IMG/VR virus record: IMGVR_UViG_3300033072_000750
Strand: one strand, 5' to 3'
DNA: 64,000 bases
From: a virus
The translations under genes and the position numbers were made by a program. Position 1 is the stretch's first letter, and every line of letters begins with the position of its first letter. This document shows, one piece after another, positions 18,519-28,221 of the stretch. A model generated the notes under the pieces. It was not told the DNA's origin and did not search any database. It saw only the letters and a list, made by a program, of their open reading frames with translations.

Positions 18519-19235
18519 ATGCGACCACGAATAACAAAAGAGCTTTACGAACAAGTTTTACTAAACAAACGAACAGCTATTAATGAACTTGATAGAAACA
18601 TTAGAGCAATTATTGTCTCTAGGCGTAGTAAATATGTACCCAACTTAGATGATTATTTAGATGATTTAGTGCAGAGCTCAATAACTCTTTTGCTCAAGAA
18701 ACTTCCATCGTGGAATGCTACCAAAGCCTCTTTTAATACTTATGCTTATGGATTAATTGAGCATAGATTAGATAGATTTTTAAATCAATACAGGTTTCAA
18801 TTTAGTGGTATTTATGGAAATAAATCTAATGCTCAAACAAAGGCAGATATTGAGAAAATGCCTAAAACTATTTCTTTAGATGAAGCTTTATTTGATAATA
18901 GTTGCTTAGATGCGCATGATTTTTTAATAGCAGAAGCTAAGTCGGTTCCTCAATACACAGACATTCAAGCAGAAGAAAGTATGAGGCTCTTAATCAATGA
19001 GATTGCTAACGAAGAAGACGATGAAGATGATATTAATTCAATGGCTGTATATGCTAATATGAAGATTGACAGAAGAAGAGGAAAAGAAGATTGGTATCAA
19101 CTTCCAGTATGTTTTATGGAAAGAAAAAGAATCTCCGATAAATTAATTTCAAGACTAAAAGAAAATTTTGTTACAGAAGATCGAAAACTGGGAAAGAAAA
19201 GAGTAGGAAAACTTAAACTTCAAGGAGTTGTTTAA
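18519..19235 (+). CDS. sigma70-family-like phage sigma factor
   Basis: region 2 pattern DDLVQSSITLLLKKLPSWNATKASFNTYAYGLI and ISLDE. Confidence 0.75.
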   Translation: MRPRITKELYEQVLLNKRTAINELDRNIRAIIVSRRSKYVPNLDDYLDDLVQSSITLLLKKLPSWNATKASFNTYAYGLIEHRLDRFLNQYRFQFSGIYGNKSNAQTKADIEKMPKTISLDEALFDNSCLDAHDFLIAEAKSVPQYTDIQAEESMRLLINEIANEEDDEDDINSMAVYANMKIDRRRGKEDWYQLPVCFMERKRISDKLISRLKENFVTEDRKLGKKRVGKLKLQGVV

Positions 19236-19236
19236 A

Positions 19237-19515
19237 ATGGATACTAAAAAATTAATTCTTCTCTCACTAGCGATTGCACTAATAGGTAAAGTAGCTTATG
19301 GATGTGGCGATACTTACGAAAAGGATAAAGCTATGTGCGATAAAGTTTATTCTAAAACAGATTTAACTAGAGTGCCAGATGGTGTGCTTCGGTACTGTAC
19401 AGATCTCTATCTTGGCAAGTGTGATATTAAAGCTAAAAAAGCCTCTTTTCCAAAGAAAGAAACGGTCATAGTAAATAATGGCATCAACCAAGGAGCAACA
19501 CCGTGGAAAAAATAG
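19237..19515 (+). CDS. small secreted Cys-containing protein
   Basis: AAGGAG RBS, signal-peptide-like N-terminus, four Cys. Confidence 0.6.
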   Translation: MDTKKLILLSLAIALIGKVAYGCGDTYEKDKAMCDKVYSKTDLTRVPDGVLRYCTDLYLGKCDIKAKKASFPKKETVIVNNGINQGATPWKK

Positions 19516-19654
19516 GGATGGTTGTCTGGATCCTGACTATTTTTGGCTTTGTGGTGGGTTGTTTTATTGGCTTTGAGGCTAGCTGGATTATTGATGACAT
19601 TAAATCGGAGCATTCTAGGGCAACAATGTTAAACGAATTAAAGGAAATTAAAAA

Positions 19655-20119
19655 ATGAAACAATTTAATAGTGTCCAAGTCGCCGAATACTTAAGATATA
19701 GGGCTTTAAAGAAGGGCAAGATATTAAATATTACTCAGGTTCAAAAATTACTATACCTTTTGTATGGTTATTTTTTTAAGAAACATGATGTTCAGATCCT
19801 AGATGAGTTTCCCGTGGCGTACCCGTTTGGTCCAGTTTTTCCAAGGACAAGGACCGAAGTAAAATATGATACTGTTCCCAATATGCCAGAAGACTTAGCA
19901 CTGGATGCGTGCCTGGGTTTAGTAGTTGATGAAATTATCGATAATTATGGAAAATTTCCTGCTAACAAATTGTCTAGTTGGTCTACTTCTAAGGGTGGGG
20001 CTTGGGATGTATCGGTGAGGGAAAACCGTGGTAAATGGAATCGTGAGATATCGAACAAGCACATAAAAGAATATTTTTCAACTATGCGTTTCTTTGACGA
20101 AAGGGAGAAAGTGAAATGA
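19655..20119 (+). CDS. Panacea-domain (DUF4065/SocA-like) antitoxin
   Basis: ITQVQKLLYLLYG, PVAYPFGPVFP, LSSWST..GAW motifs. Confidence 0.85.
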   Translation: MKQFNSVQVAEYLRYRALKKGKILNITQVQKLLYLLYGYFFKKHDVQILDEFPVAYPFGPVFPRTRTEVKYDTVPNMPEDLALDACLGLVVDEIIDNYGKFPANKLSSWSTSKGGAWDVSVRENRGKWNREISNKHIKEYFSTMRFFDEREKVK

Positions 20120-20282
20120 TTTGGATATTAAATGGGCTAAGTTTATTAATGATGGTTATTGTGGTAGCTGAGACGATAAATTACGATCAATCTATGAAAA
20201 CAATGAATAGTAAGGTTAATAATATGCGTATGGATTGCAAGCAAATGAATCAACAGGTTGATAATATGTTAGAGGTGATAAG

Positions 20283-20696
20283 ATGAATAGTGATAGATAC
20301 TTATTTAGGGGACAAACCAGTGATAATGAATGGGTTATCGGGTATTACACACCAGCTCTTGATTATCAACTTGAATATATAACGCAGATAGAAAACTTTT
20401 CTCCCTCTAATTATCAAGAAGAAGGTGATTGTGTTCCTAGGTTTAAGCAGGTTGCTATTTACGAGGGAACGGTTGGTCAATGTACTGGGCTGAAAGATAA
20501 AAACGACAAGCTGATTTTTGAAGGGGATATCATATCGTTCTTTCACGATCCAGCTGCAATATGTACTTGGAATCACGAATGGCATCAATTTGAATTCGAC
20601 ACGAAAACGATGAAATATCCATGCAAAAATTACAAAGATTTAGAAATCATCGGAAACATCCACGACAACCCTGAACTGTTGGAGGTAACCAAATGA
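20283..20696 (+). CDS. YopX family protein
   Basis: FRG, GQCTGLKDKNDKLIFEGDI, EIIGNIHDNPELL. Confidence 0.92.
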   Translation: MNSDRYLFRGQTSDNEWVIGYYTPALDYQLEYITQIENFSPSNYQEEGDCVPRFKQVAIYEGTVGQCTGLKDKNDKLIFEGDIISFFHDPAAICTWNHEWHQFEFDTKTMKYPCKNYKDLEIIGNIHDNPELLEVTK

Positions 20697-20926
20697 ACAT
20701 ACGCAACAATAGATTATTTGGAATAATTGGAGATTTGTTATTTAAATTAGGCTTGTTGCTATTTATGGCATCTATGGCATCTAGTATGATGTCATTACGC
20801 AAGGATGTTTCTACCCTGACTGATGATCGTGGGGAATTAATTAACAGCCTAGCTTTACTGGAAAGTTCCAACCAATCTATTAAGCAGAACATTGACCAAG
20901 TATTATTGGAGTGTATAAAAAAATGA
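20693..20926 (+). CDS. small TM/coiled-coil protein
   Basis: ATGA overlap; TM helix. Confidence 0.55.
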   Translation: MNIRNNRLFGIIGDLLFKLGLLLFMASMASSMMSLRKDVSTLTDDRGELINSLALLESSNQSIKQNIDQVLLECIKK

Positions 20927-21351
20927 GCACCGAAACGAGTAATCAGATAAAGAAGCTTAGTAAGGAAGTGGATGATATTATCTTAGACCTTAATGAGACT
21001 ATTGATACCACTAGTTCAATGATAGTGCTAGAGAGGCTTGGCTATGAACTTCAGCACCAAGCAAGACTGCTATCTATTTTTGTAGAAGTAGACAGAATTA
21101 AAGAGGAAGGAAATGCTAGGTCTAGAGAAAAAATGGCTAGTGAAAACCAGACTACTATATTAAAGCTTAGCAAAGATGCTAAAAGTAGCACTTATCTATT
21201 GGAACTAACAAGATACGGTGCGTTAGAAGAGAACTTGCTTTTTACTAAAGTAAAATTGACACAAGAAATAATCGCAAAAAGGCTAGATACCTTTAGAGCT
21301 TCTTTGTATTTTGGTGGGCAAGAAGCGAAATCTAATAAATATGTAACATAG
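20923..21351 (+). CDS. coiled-coil hypothetical protein
   Basis: helical ORF; start moved to the in-frame ATG at 20923. Confidence 0.6.
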   Translation: MSTETSNQIKKLSKEVDDIILDLNETIDTTSSMIVLERLGYELQHQARLLSIFVEVDRIKEEGNARSREKMASENQTTILKLSKDAKSSTYLLELTRYGALEENLLFTKVKLTQEIIAKRLDTFRASLYFGGQEAKSNKYVT

Positions 21352-21362
21352 GAGGAATTAAC

Positions 21363-21548
21363 ATGATATGTCAAAACCAAATTTATTCTGCATGGGTAAT
21401 CTTTATTTGCTCAGTAATGCTAACTCTAACAATAGGAGATTTTAAGAATTGGGATAAATCCTCTCACTGGGAAAGGGTTTATATTGTTGTGGTCGGATTA
21501 TTCTTAATTTTCAACATTTTCTTGTTTTACTGGAGCGCCCCACGATGA
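21363..21548 (+). CDS. small two-TM protein
   Basis: AGGAGG RBS, two hydrophobic helices. Confidence 0.6.
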   Translation: MICQNQIYSAWVIFICSVMLTLTIGDFKNWDKSSHWERVYIVVVGLFLIFNIFLFYWSAPR

Positions 21549-21814
21549 AAAAAGGCTGGAAACAATTAACAGAAAAAGATATTCCTTTACTGCAAGCACG
21601 TATGGAATACCATAGAAATATTAAGAACGGAAGGCTGTTTGATTACGAAACGAATAGAAGTACTAATAGGTACGAGCTAATAGATATCTTAATTCAAGAG
21701 AATATAGTAGAAAAACTTAAAAAAGAAATTATCAGACTAGGTGGAACTCCTGATTTGCCAGATAATAGCAAACATGTAGTTGATATCCTAATGAAGAGAA
21801 TTACGCAACCATAA
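21545..21814 (+). CDS. hypothetical protein
   Basis: ATGA overlap. Confidence 0.55.
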   Translation: MKKGWKQLTEKDIPLLQARMEYHRNIKNGRLFDYETNRSTNRYELIDILIQENIVEKLKKEIIRLGGTPDLPDNSKHVVDILMKRITQP

Positions 21815-22646
21815 AGTTAGTAACTAAGTGCTTTAATCTTTTAGCCCAATCCGTAATAGCTAGTTTTCGTTTTAAATACTCTAATTCTGTTTGTTCCATC
21901 ATTAAACGGGCATTGTGGAAATCAACTAAGTCTTTAGGATCATCTGTTGAAGGATTGTATTCTCCTGGTGGCTTTTTGAACTTGGGTAGTTGCCTGTCAA
22001 AGAACGATCCTGGGTAGTTGTAATAAGTAACAGTAGCTTTATTGGATGCTACTGGCATGAAAAAGAAATTTAATTTTTGCATTAACCACTGATCGTCGCA
22101 ACCAGTCTTTCTATGTATATCTAAATCCATTACCCCTTCTACAAATTCCCATGCTTCTCTTCTAATAATCTTAGTAATGGGTATCGTATAAGCTAATCTT
22201 GGCAACCAATCAGCATGCACTTCCGCTCCTTCTACTTTGACTTGAGTATGTCCTATCGCTACTTTTCTTCCCTCCCCGTCGACAGATTCAATTATTTGCC
22301 TACAAACTACTAAATGGTCTTCATCCATTGTGTCATCTAAATCAAATAGACACAAAAGCTCTGATTTTACAGCAGATGCAGCTAAATTACGAGCAAATCC
22401 AATGTAACGGTTATATGCTAACTCATTAATAATGTAATGCTTATCATCTTTGGTGTAATCTTTTAAAAATTTAACTGTATCGTCTGTACTTCCATCATCT
22501 ACTATTGAAACGAACACTTTATCTGGAAATGCTTTTTCGTAAAACTCTATTGCTTTATTTATGCTATCTATTGAACGCTTAACTACTTCTTCGCCTCTTC
22601 CTTGTATTAAATTAAAACTCGTTGTACATATTGATATATCGCTCAT
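21801..22646 (-). CDS. glycosyltransferase family 2
   Basis: IVDDGSTDDT, GFARN, LFDLDD (DxD), CDDQWL. Confidence 0.88.
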   Translation of the reverse strand: MSDISICTTSFNLIQGRGEEVVKRSIDSINKAIEFYEKAFPDKVFVSIVDDGSTDDTVKFLKDYTKDDKHYIINELAYNRYIGFARNLAASAVKSELLCLFDLDDTMDEDHLVVCRQIIESVDGEGRKVAIGHTQVKVEGAEVHADWLPRLAYTIPITKIIRREAWEFVEGVMDLDIHRKTGCDDQWLMQKLNFFFMPVASNKATVTYYNYPGSFFDRQLPKFKKPPGEYNPSTDDPKDLVDFHNARLMMEQTELEYLKRKLAITDWAKRLKHLVTNFMVA

Positions 22647-22725
22647 TAAATCACCATTTTCTACGACTGAATTATATGCCTAAATGCTTAAGAAATAATT
22701 AATATTTCCTTTTTCAGCTTATAAT

Positions 22726-24894
22726 TTGCCCGTAGAACCAATATTTTCAATGGCAGACTTAGTAAAAGAAAAAGATAGTTACGACAATTATGAGATAAGA
22801 CCAATTAGATCAACAGATATAGAGAAATTTAAGAAGAATAAGTATTCTCAACCAATGCCAAACGCCAAAGATAGTGAAATTATTGATTGGGCAAAAGCTT
22901 TATTGGAAGAATGTTACAACTACAAAAAAGATTGGCATAATATCTGGTACAAAAATGCATTAGATTATTTCTGCAAGCCTTCTTTTGAAAATAAAGCAGA
23001 TACTGGAAGAAATGTTGCTATCGACCAACAATTAGACACAAAAGTACTTGTTCCACCTTTGGTTAAAAGGTATGTTGATTTAGGTGGTTACTGGATAACA
23101 AGACAGATTTTCAAAGCATCTCCTTATATGCAGTTTACTAGCTACTCTGATGATGAAAGTACTAATAAAGCACAAAAGTTGTATGAAAGAAAGCTTCAAG
23201 GAGATGCAGAAAGTTACGGAGCTAAAGAAAGATCAACAGAAATAGGTATAGATTTGTTCCTTTATGGTAATGCTGTGGCTTATGCAGACTTTTACCAAGA
23301 AAGAATGCTAGTTGAAGAGCCTGGCGAAATTGAAATAATTGATAACTCTTCTCTCCTTAATACTGAATACGATCCAACTGTTATTCCTGATATGGTAGGA
23401 GATGAAGATTCTGATTTTGATGTTGAAATTCCAGATCCAGAACCTAAGTTTGCAATATTAGACCAATACGCAGAATTTAAACCTATCTTTTTAGGTCATT
23501 ACATTATTGATCCTTATTCCCCACAAAGAGACTGGAGAAGAGCTAGATATATGGGACACGTTGAATATATGTGTGCCGAAGAAATAATGGAAAAGTTTGG
23601 CAATTTGCCTGGATTTGATAAGAAGTTTGATAGCTTTTTGACTAGTGATAGTTCTGGTAGAAATTCTACTGCTAATATCTCCTTCTCTATGAGTTCAGAT
23701 AACTTCCTGAAGAGTTGGAGACAATTTGTCCTAAACAAGACTGGTATTCAGGAGAAAGTTCCAGGCAGAAAGCTTCATGGAGTTTATTACCTTTACACAA
23801 AATACACCGAAACAGTAATTATTGATGACAGATTAGTGGTCTACCATCGTTACAGAGACTACAAAACAAGAAAGGCTGGTGTTTATCCATACTATCTATT
23901 TAGAATGCCCTGTTCGTCTGGTAGTTTATTCTCCGTAGGTTTTGGACAAGTATTGCAAGATCTTCAATTAGAACAAATACTATTAGCCTCTAAGCGTTTA
24001 CAAATGCTAGAGCAAATGAATGGTGTTTTAGTTCAATATATTGAAGGATGTGTTGAAGAGGACAAGATAAAACTATTCGGAAAAGCTCCAGGTATACACT
24101 TCTTGGAAGTAACACAACCTGGTTCAGTAACAGTAACAAACCCAGATTCCCAGATAGCAGATTCTTTCTTAGCAACTGAAAATCGTAATTTTGAACGTGC
24201 TAGAGAGTACATAAATGTACCAGGGATATTAGACAGTTCAAACACTAAAACTCACTTAGGTGCAGTATCGGAACGTATCGATTCAGCTCAAACTACATTC
24301 GATGTAATACTAGATAGAGTTAGAGATGGATTTAAAGAACTATACCAAAAGATTCACGTTTTGAATATGAATTTCCTAGAAGGAGATATCTCACTTAAGG
24401 GTGCAACTTCAATCCTTGATAAAACTAAGATTGAAAACACTTTATCTGAAGAACAGTTAATGTTACTTGCTAAGCAACCTGATTTATCTATCGAACTAAA
24501 TGTAGGTTACGATATTAACTCAGATAAACTTAAATCATTTGCCGCACTATTAAATACTCCTTTTGTTGGTAAATCAATAGAACAATTGTTGATGAGCAAT
24601 GCTATTAGTCCAGATAAACTAACTAAAGCATTAGGTATGTTATTTGACTTAGCAGGATTAACAGAATTTAGACCAATGTTTAGCCTAGATGGTGCAACCC
24701 CAGAAGCTACAGCTCAACCGCAAGGACAAGGTATTCCTCCTCAACCAGGACAACCACCTATGCCAGAAGGTATACCACCAGAAATGTTACAACAATTAAT
24801 GATGCAACAAGGGCAGATGCCACCGCAAGGACAAATTCCTCCACAAGCGGGAGTACCACCGCAAGGCATGCCCCCTCAAATGCCCCCAAGATAA
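22726..24894 (+). CDS. portal protein
   Basis: 722 aa, first gene of the head module, LYGNAV and YIIDPY portal-like motifs, Q/P-rich C-terminal tail. Confidence 0.8.
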   Translation: MPVEPIFSMADLVKEKDSYDNYEIRPIRSTDIEKFKKNKYSQPMPNAKDSEIIDWAKALLEECYNYKKDWHNIWYKNALDYFCKPSFENKADTGRNVAIDQQLDTKVLVPPLVKRYVDLGGYWITRQIFKASPYMQFTSYSDDESTNKAQKLYERKLQGDAESYGAKERSTEIGIDLFLYGNAVAYADFYQERMLVEEPGEIEIIDNSSLLNTEYDPTVIPDMVGDEDSDFDVEIPDPEPKFAILDQYAEFKPIFLGHYIIDPYSPQRDWRRARYMGHVEYMCAEEIMEKFGNLPGFDKKFDSFLTSDSSGRNSTANISFSMSSDNFLKSWRQFVLNKTGIQEKVPGRKLHGVYYLYTKYTETVIIDDRLVVYHRYRDYKTRKAGVYPYYLFRMPCSSGSLFSVGFGQVLQDLQLEQILLASKRLQMLEQMNGVLVQYIEGCVEEDKIKLFGKAPGIHFLEVTQPGSVTVTNPDSQIADSFLATENRNFERAREYINVPGILDSSNTKTHLGAVSERIDSAQTTFDVILDRVRDGFKELYQKIHVLNMNFLEGDISLKGATSILDKTKIENTLSEEQLMLLAKQPDLSIELNVGYDINSDKLKSFAALLNTPFVGKSIEQLLMSNAISPDKLTKALGMLFDLAGLTEFRPMFSLDGATPEATAQPQGQGIPPQPGQPPMPEGIPPEMLQQLMMQQGQMPPQGQIPPQAGVPPQGMPPQMPPR

Positions 24895-24895
24895 T

Positions 24896-24923
24896 CTTTT
24901 CTTAATCTTGTCATAAAATTGAA
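24896..24923 (+). promoter_or_regulatory. candidate late promoter CTTTTCTTAA-N8-TARAATTRA (copy 2)
   Basis: motif repeated three times upstream of morphogenesis genes. Confidence 0.6.
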
Positions 24924-24949
24924 GTGGAATTACTGATTAGGATTAAAAT

Positions 24950-25816
24950 ATGCCAGCACAATTAGAAGACGAACAAGAAACAAAAGCACAAGACGACTTT
25001 AACTTAGATGATTTTGCATTTGAAGAAGAAGAGGATCTTTCGTCCTCATTGAAGAACTTTAACTTTGAACAACCAAGTAAAAATGAAATAGACACAAAGT
25101 ACCTTATAAAGGAACTAAACGAAACTAAAAAAATGTTAGATTCGTTAGTTGGGACAAGAAATACTGAGAAGCAAACAGAAGCTTTCCGTAAAATGATGGA
25201 TGGTGAATTTGGTGATATAGATGCACGATTTAAAGAATTTGTTTTACGTACTATTTCAACAATTAATGACTTTAACGTAGAAAACCTTAGACCTATTTAC
25301 CAATTAATGGAAAATGTTAAGCAAGAAGTACTAAAGGCTGAACAAAAGGCTGATGGTGCTTACCAGTATGCTAACAAAATAGAAAGCGATAGGTTGTTGG
25401 ATAAGCTTGTTGGTAAATCTTTAGAAAGATTCTTTAAGAAACAGACTATTGGTAGGAATGCAGTAGATCATGCACGTAAAGTTCACGAAGAGAGAGTGCA
25501 GAAGGATGAAGGATATGCTTTGAAGACATTTAATATCTTAAATGCTAAATCTATTGACCAGAAGAAAAAAGAAGCTTTAATGGGTCAATTAGTATCTGAG
25601 AATTACAGAGATCACCTTTTAAAGAAAAAGAATGGTAGGCAAGATCCAAATGCTCCTGTTCCCAAAAAGCACGTTGAATCTGATAATAAGCTAGAAGAAG
25701 CAAAAGAAAAAGTAAAAGAAGAAGCAAAAGAGCAGAAGAAGGCTGAACTTTCAGAAGAAGCAAAGAAGAAAATGGATGCAGATTTTGAAAAGTTTAGAGC
25801 AAGAATGAGAGGCTAA
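24950..25816 (+). CDS. putative capsid scaffolding protein
   Basis: acidic N-terminus, coiled coil, charged C-terminal helix; between portal and capsid genes. Confidence 0.6.
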   Translation: MPAQLEDEQETKAQDDFNLDDFAFEEEEDLSSSLKNFNFEQPSKNEIDTKYLIKELNETKKMLDSLVGTRNTEKQTEAFRKMMDGEFGDIDARFKEFVLRTISTINDFNVENLRPIYQLMENVKQEVLKAEQKADGAYQYANKIESDRLLDKLVGKSLERFFKKQTIGRNAVDHARKVHEERVQKDEGYALKTFNILNAKSIDQKKKEALMGQLVSENYRDHLLKKKNGRQDPNAPVPKKHVESDNKLEEAKEKVKEEAKEQKKAELSEEAKKKMDADFEKFRARMRG

Positions 25817-25821
25817 TACTT

Positions 25822-26211
25822 ATGGGAGAATTTGAAATGTTAGATATAAAAGAAGCTAAACAAAAATACATAAAAACTTATGAAAAGAGAAATAATGACT
25901 TTATGCAAGATGCCAAGGAACATATTCTGAGTATTGCTCTTGGGATGATAGATCGTTCTTTAAGTAAAGGACTTCCAGAGACAATAATAAAAGAAGAGTT
26001 TCTTTGTTATGGGAAATGGGCACTGAATGATGAGTGTCTTGATTTCGTTAAGAGCGAGTTGGAGTCAAGAGGATTTATTGTTGAAACGGGTAGGAAGTAT
26101 TGTCCTAGTGCTATTTTCGTATCAGGTTGGGACGTTGAGCTTTCAAAAGAAGCAAAAAAGAATGTCGCAGAAGGGTTTGAAAGATTTAGGGCAAGAATTG
26201 CAGTGGCATAA
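25822..26211 (+). CDS. hypothetical protein ending in a copy of the scaffold C-terminal helix
   Basis: VELSKEAKKNVAEGFERFRARI versus AELSEEAKKKMDADFEKFRARM. Confidence 0.7.
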   Translation: MGEFEMLDIKEAKQKYIKTYEKRNNDFMQDAKEHILSIALGMIDRSLSKGLPETIIKEEFLCYGKWALNDECLDFVKSELESRGFIVETGRKYCPSAIFVSGWDVELSKEAKKNVAEGFERFRARIAVA

Positions 26212-26213
26212 TT

Positions 26214-26561
26214 ATGAATTATTTACAACTCAAAGCTCAGGACGCTTGGATGAAAGCAGAAGTAGACAAGTTTGACTACTTGTCTGATGTTTTCGTTGGA
26301 ACTTCAATAGATGATGCTTATCAATATATTCGAGATAGTCGACCTTTGTACCTTTTGAGAAAACAAATCGAGATATATCCTGACGAATCTGACATTGCAA
26401 CACAAATTGCCTTTGGAAAATACGATATCGAGTATAGCAGTCTTCAAAAAATTGAAGTTCCTCTTCCTGGTTTTAGGGTTATGTGGATGATTTATGAATG
26501 CGATGAATATGGTAATAATGCTAAGTTTTTATCTGATTTAGTTACACCTTTAGACGCATAA
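26214..26561 (+). CDS. hypothetical virion-module protein
   Basis: coupled ORF; N-terminus loosely resembles head-tail adaptor N-termini. Confidence 0.55.
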   Translation: MNYLQLKAQDAWMKAEVDKFDYLSDVFVGTSIDDAYQYIRDSRPLYLLRKQIEIYPDESDIATQIAFGKYDIEYSSLQKIEVPLPGFRVMWMIYECDEYGNNAKFLSDLVTPLDA

Positions 26562-26629
26562 CGTTTCCACGAAACTATAATTCGAACGTAAATCGTAAAT
26601 AACCCGCAAGGAAAAGGCAAAAAACACAC

Positions 26630-28033
26630 ATGGCAACGTCAGACGTAATTAGATCAGCTAGTTTTAGCAACATAGAGTCTTCGTTACAGATTAATAGTCG
26701 GAACCTTAACCAAGCAATTAAGTTATCAACTGTATTTGAGTCCCCAATCATTAGTTTCTTTTGTGGACATTCGTTGGGATATGACAGCTTCGACTCTGTT
26801 CTAGCTCAGAAATACATGGGAGATGTTAAGAACGCTATGGAAAACATAGATGAAGAACCTCTCAAAAAATATAACTTTATTGATAAAGTTAAAGTATCTA
26901 TGTATGACTATGTTAAGTCAGTAACAGATATCGCACCTCCATTTAGATTAATTCCAGCAACGGCATTAACTGCTGCTGCAACGGATAATTTGTTAAGCGT
27001 AACAGAAAATGGAGCCTACCTATGTCAAGAAGGCGTAGGTTTATTCAACCCCCGCACAAGAGAGAGACTTAAAGTAGTCCAAACAGCAAATAACAACAAT
27101 AATATCCTTGTTGTTAGAGGAGCCGATGGATCAACCATTAGCCCAATCTTAACAAATGATACATTGTTAGTTACTGGTGTAGCACTTGATATGTATACTC
27201 CTCAAGTTACAACTTCAAGACCAATCCCACGTAGAGGACAGACACTTTATAACGGATTCCAAAGATTGTTCACTCCAGGAACACCAATCAACAACCTAAT
27301 CGAAGAAAGTGCATTGTTATACAATGGGCAGTTTTTCGAGTTGATAGACCAAGAACACGTTCGTGCTCACAAATCGTCATTGATTAACTCATTGATTTAT
27401 AGCGAGTATGGCGACTTGACGACTGAAGAAAAGTCGAACCCAGAAGCAAACATTAACAAGTTTAATGGTTTTGCATATTGGGCACGCAAGAATCCAGTAT
27501 CAGTTGGATTTACTGATATCGGACCTTTAACGACTGCAAAGTTTGAAGCATTGATGACATGGTTCGATACTTATGATAACCTAGGTACTCGTAAGAATCC
27601 TATGGTGTATATCTGCGGAAGAACAGCTTACACAGCACTTCAATCTTACTTGAAGGCTGGCGTACTTGTTACAACTACTGAAGGATTTGTACCAGGTACA
27701 ATGGGCGGTAGCGTACATAAGTATATTACTGATTCAGGACGTTTAATCTACATTTGCGTTGACGATTACTTAAACTTAATCGGACGTGGTGGAGACATAA
27801 TTATGGCAGCAGAAAACAACTTGACATTATATGTCGGAGTTGACAAATTCTTGACTCCTCATAATCAAGCTCTTGGAAAAGAAGGTATGCTCGAAGGTGC
27901 AGCTCGTTTCGTAGACCGTATACCTAACTTCTCAGTTGGAAGCAACCAGAAGTTTGACATGTTGATTTCACAGTTCTCTATGCTTCCTGCATACATCGAA
28001 CTTTGTGCAATGGCGACTGGTATTACTAAGTAA
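26630..28033 (+). CDS. major capsid protein
   Basis: 467 aa after portal and scaffold, followed by a strong terminator; VVRGADGST insertion-like segment. Confidence 0.75.
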   Translation: MATSDVIRSASFSNIESSLQINSRNLNQAIKLSTVFESPIISFFCGHSLGYDSFDSVLAQKYMGDVKNAMENIDEEPLKKYNFIDKVKVSMYDYVKSVTDIAPPFRLIPATALTAAATDNLLSVTENGAYLCQEGVGLFNPRTRERLKVVQTANNNNNILVVRGADGSTISPILTNDTLLVTGVALDMYTPQVTTSRPIPRRGQTLYNGFQRLFTPGTPINNLIEESALLYNGQFFELIDQEHVRAHKSSLINSLIYSEYGDLTTEEKSNPEANINKFNGFAYWARKNPVSVGFTDIGPLTTAKFEALMTWFDTYDNLGTRKNPMVYICGRTAYTALQSYLKAGVLVTTTEGFVPGTMGGSVHKYITDSGRLIYICVDDYLNLIGRGGDIIMAAENNLTLYVGVDKFLTPHNQALGKEGMLEGAARFVDRIPNFSVGSNQKFDMLISQFSMLPAYIELCAMATGITK

Positions 28034-28057
28034 TTTTTTAAAACCAAAACATACATT

Positions 28058-28094
28058 AAGCCTCTTGGATTTATTTTCGAGGGGCTTTTTGTTT
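28058..28094 (+). terminator. intrinsic terminator after the capsid gene
   Basis: AAGCCTCTTG...CGAGGGGCTT plus T-run; a second similar hairpin at 28137-28163. Confidence 0.8.
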
Positions 28095-28221
28095 AAATTT
28101 CCGAAAGGACGATGCTTTAAAGCAGTATACATTTGTAAGCCTTCTCATTCTTGGGAGGGCTTATCTTTAAGTATAATTGACGCAGCGAAACAGATATAAT
28201 TTAATCTAGATTCTAGAAAAC

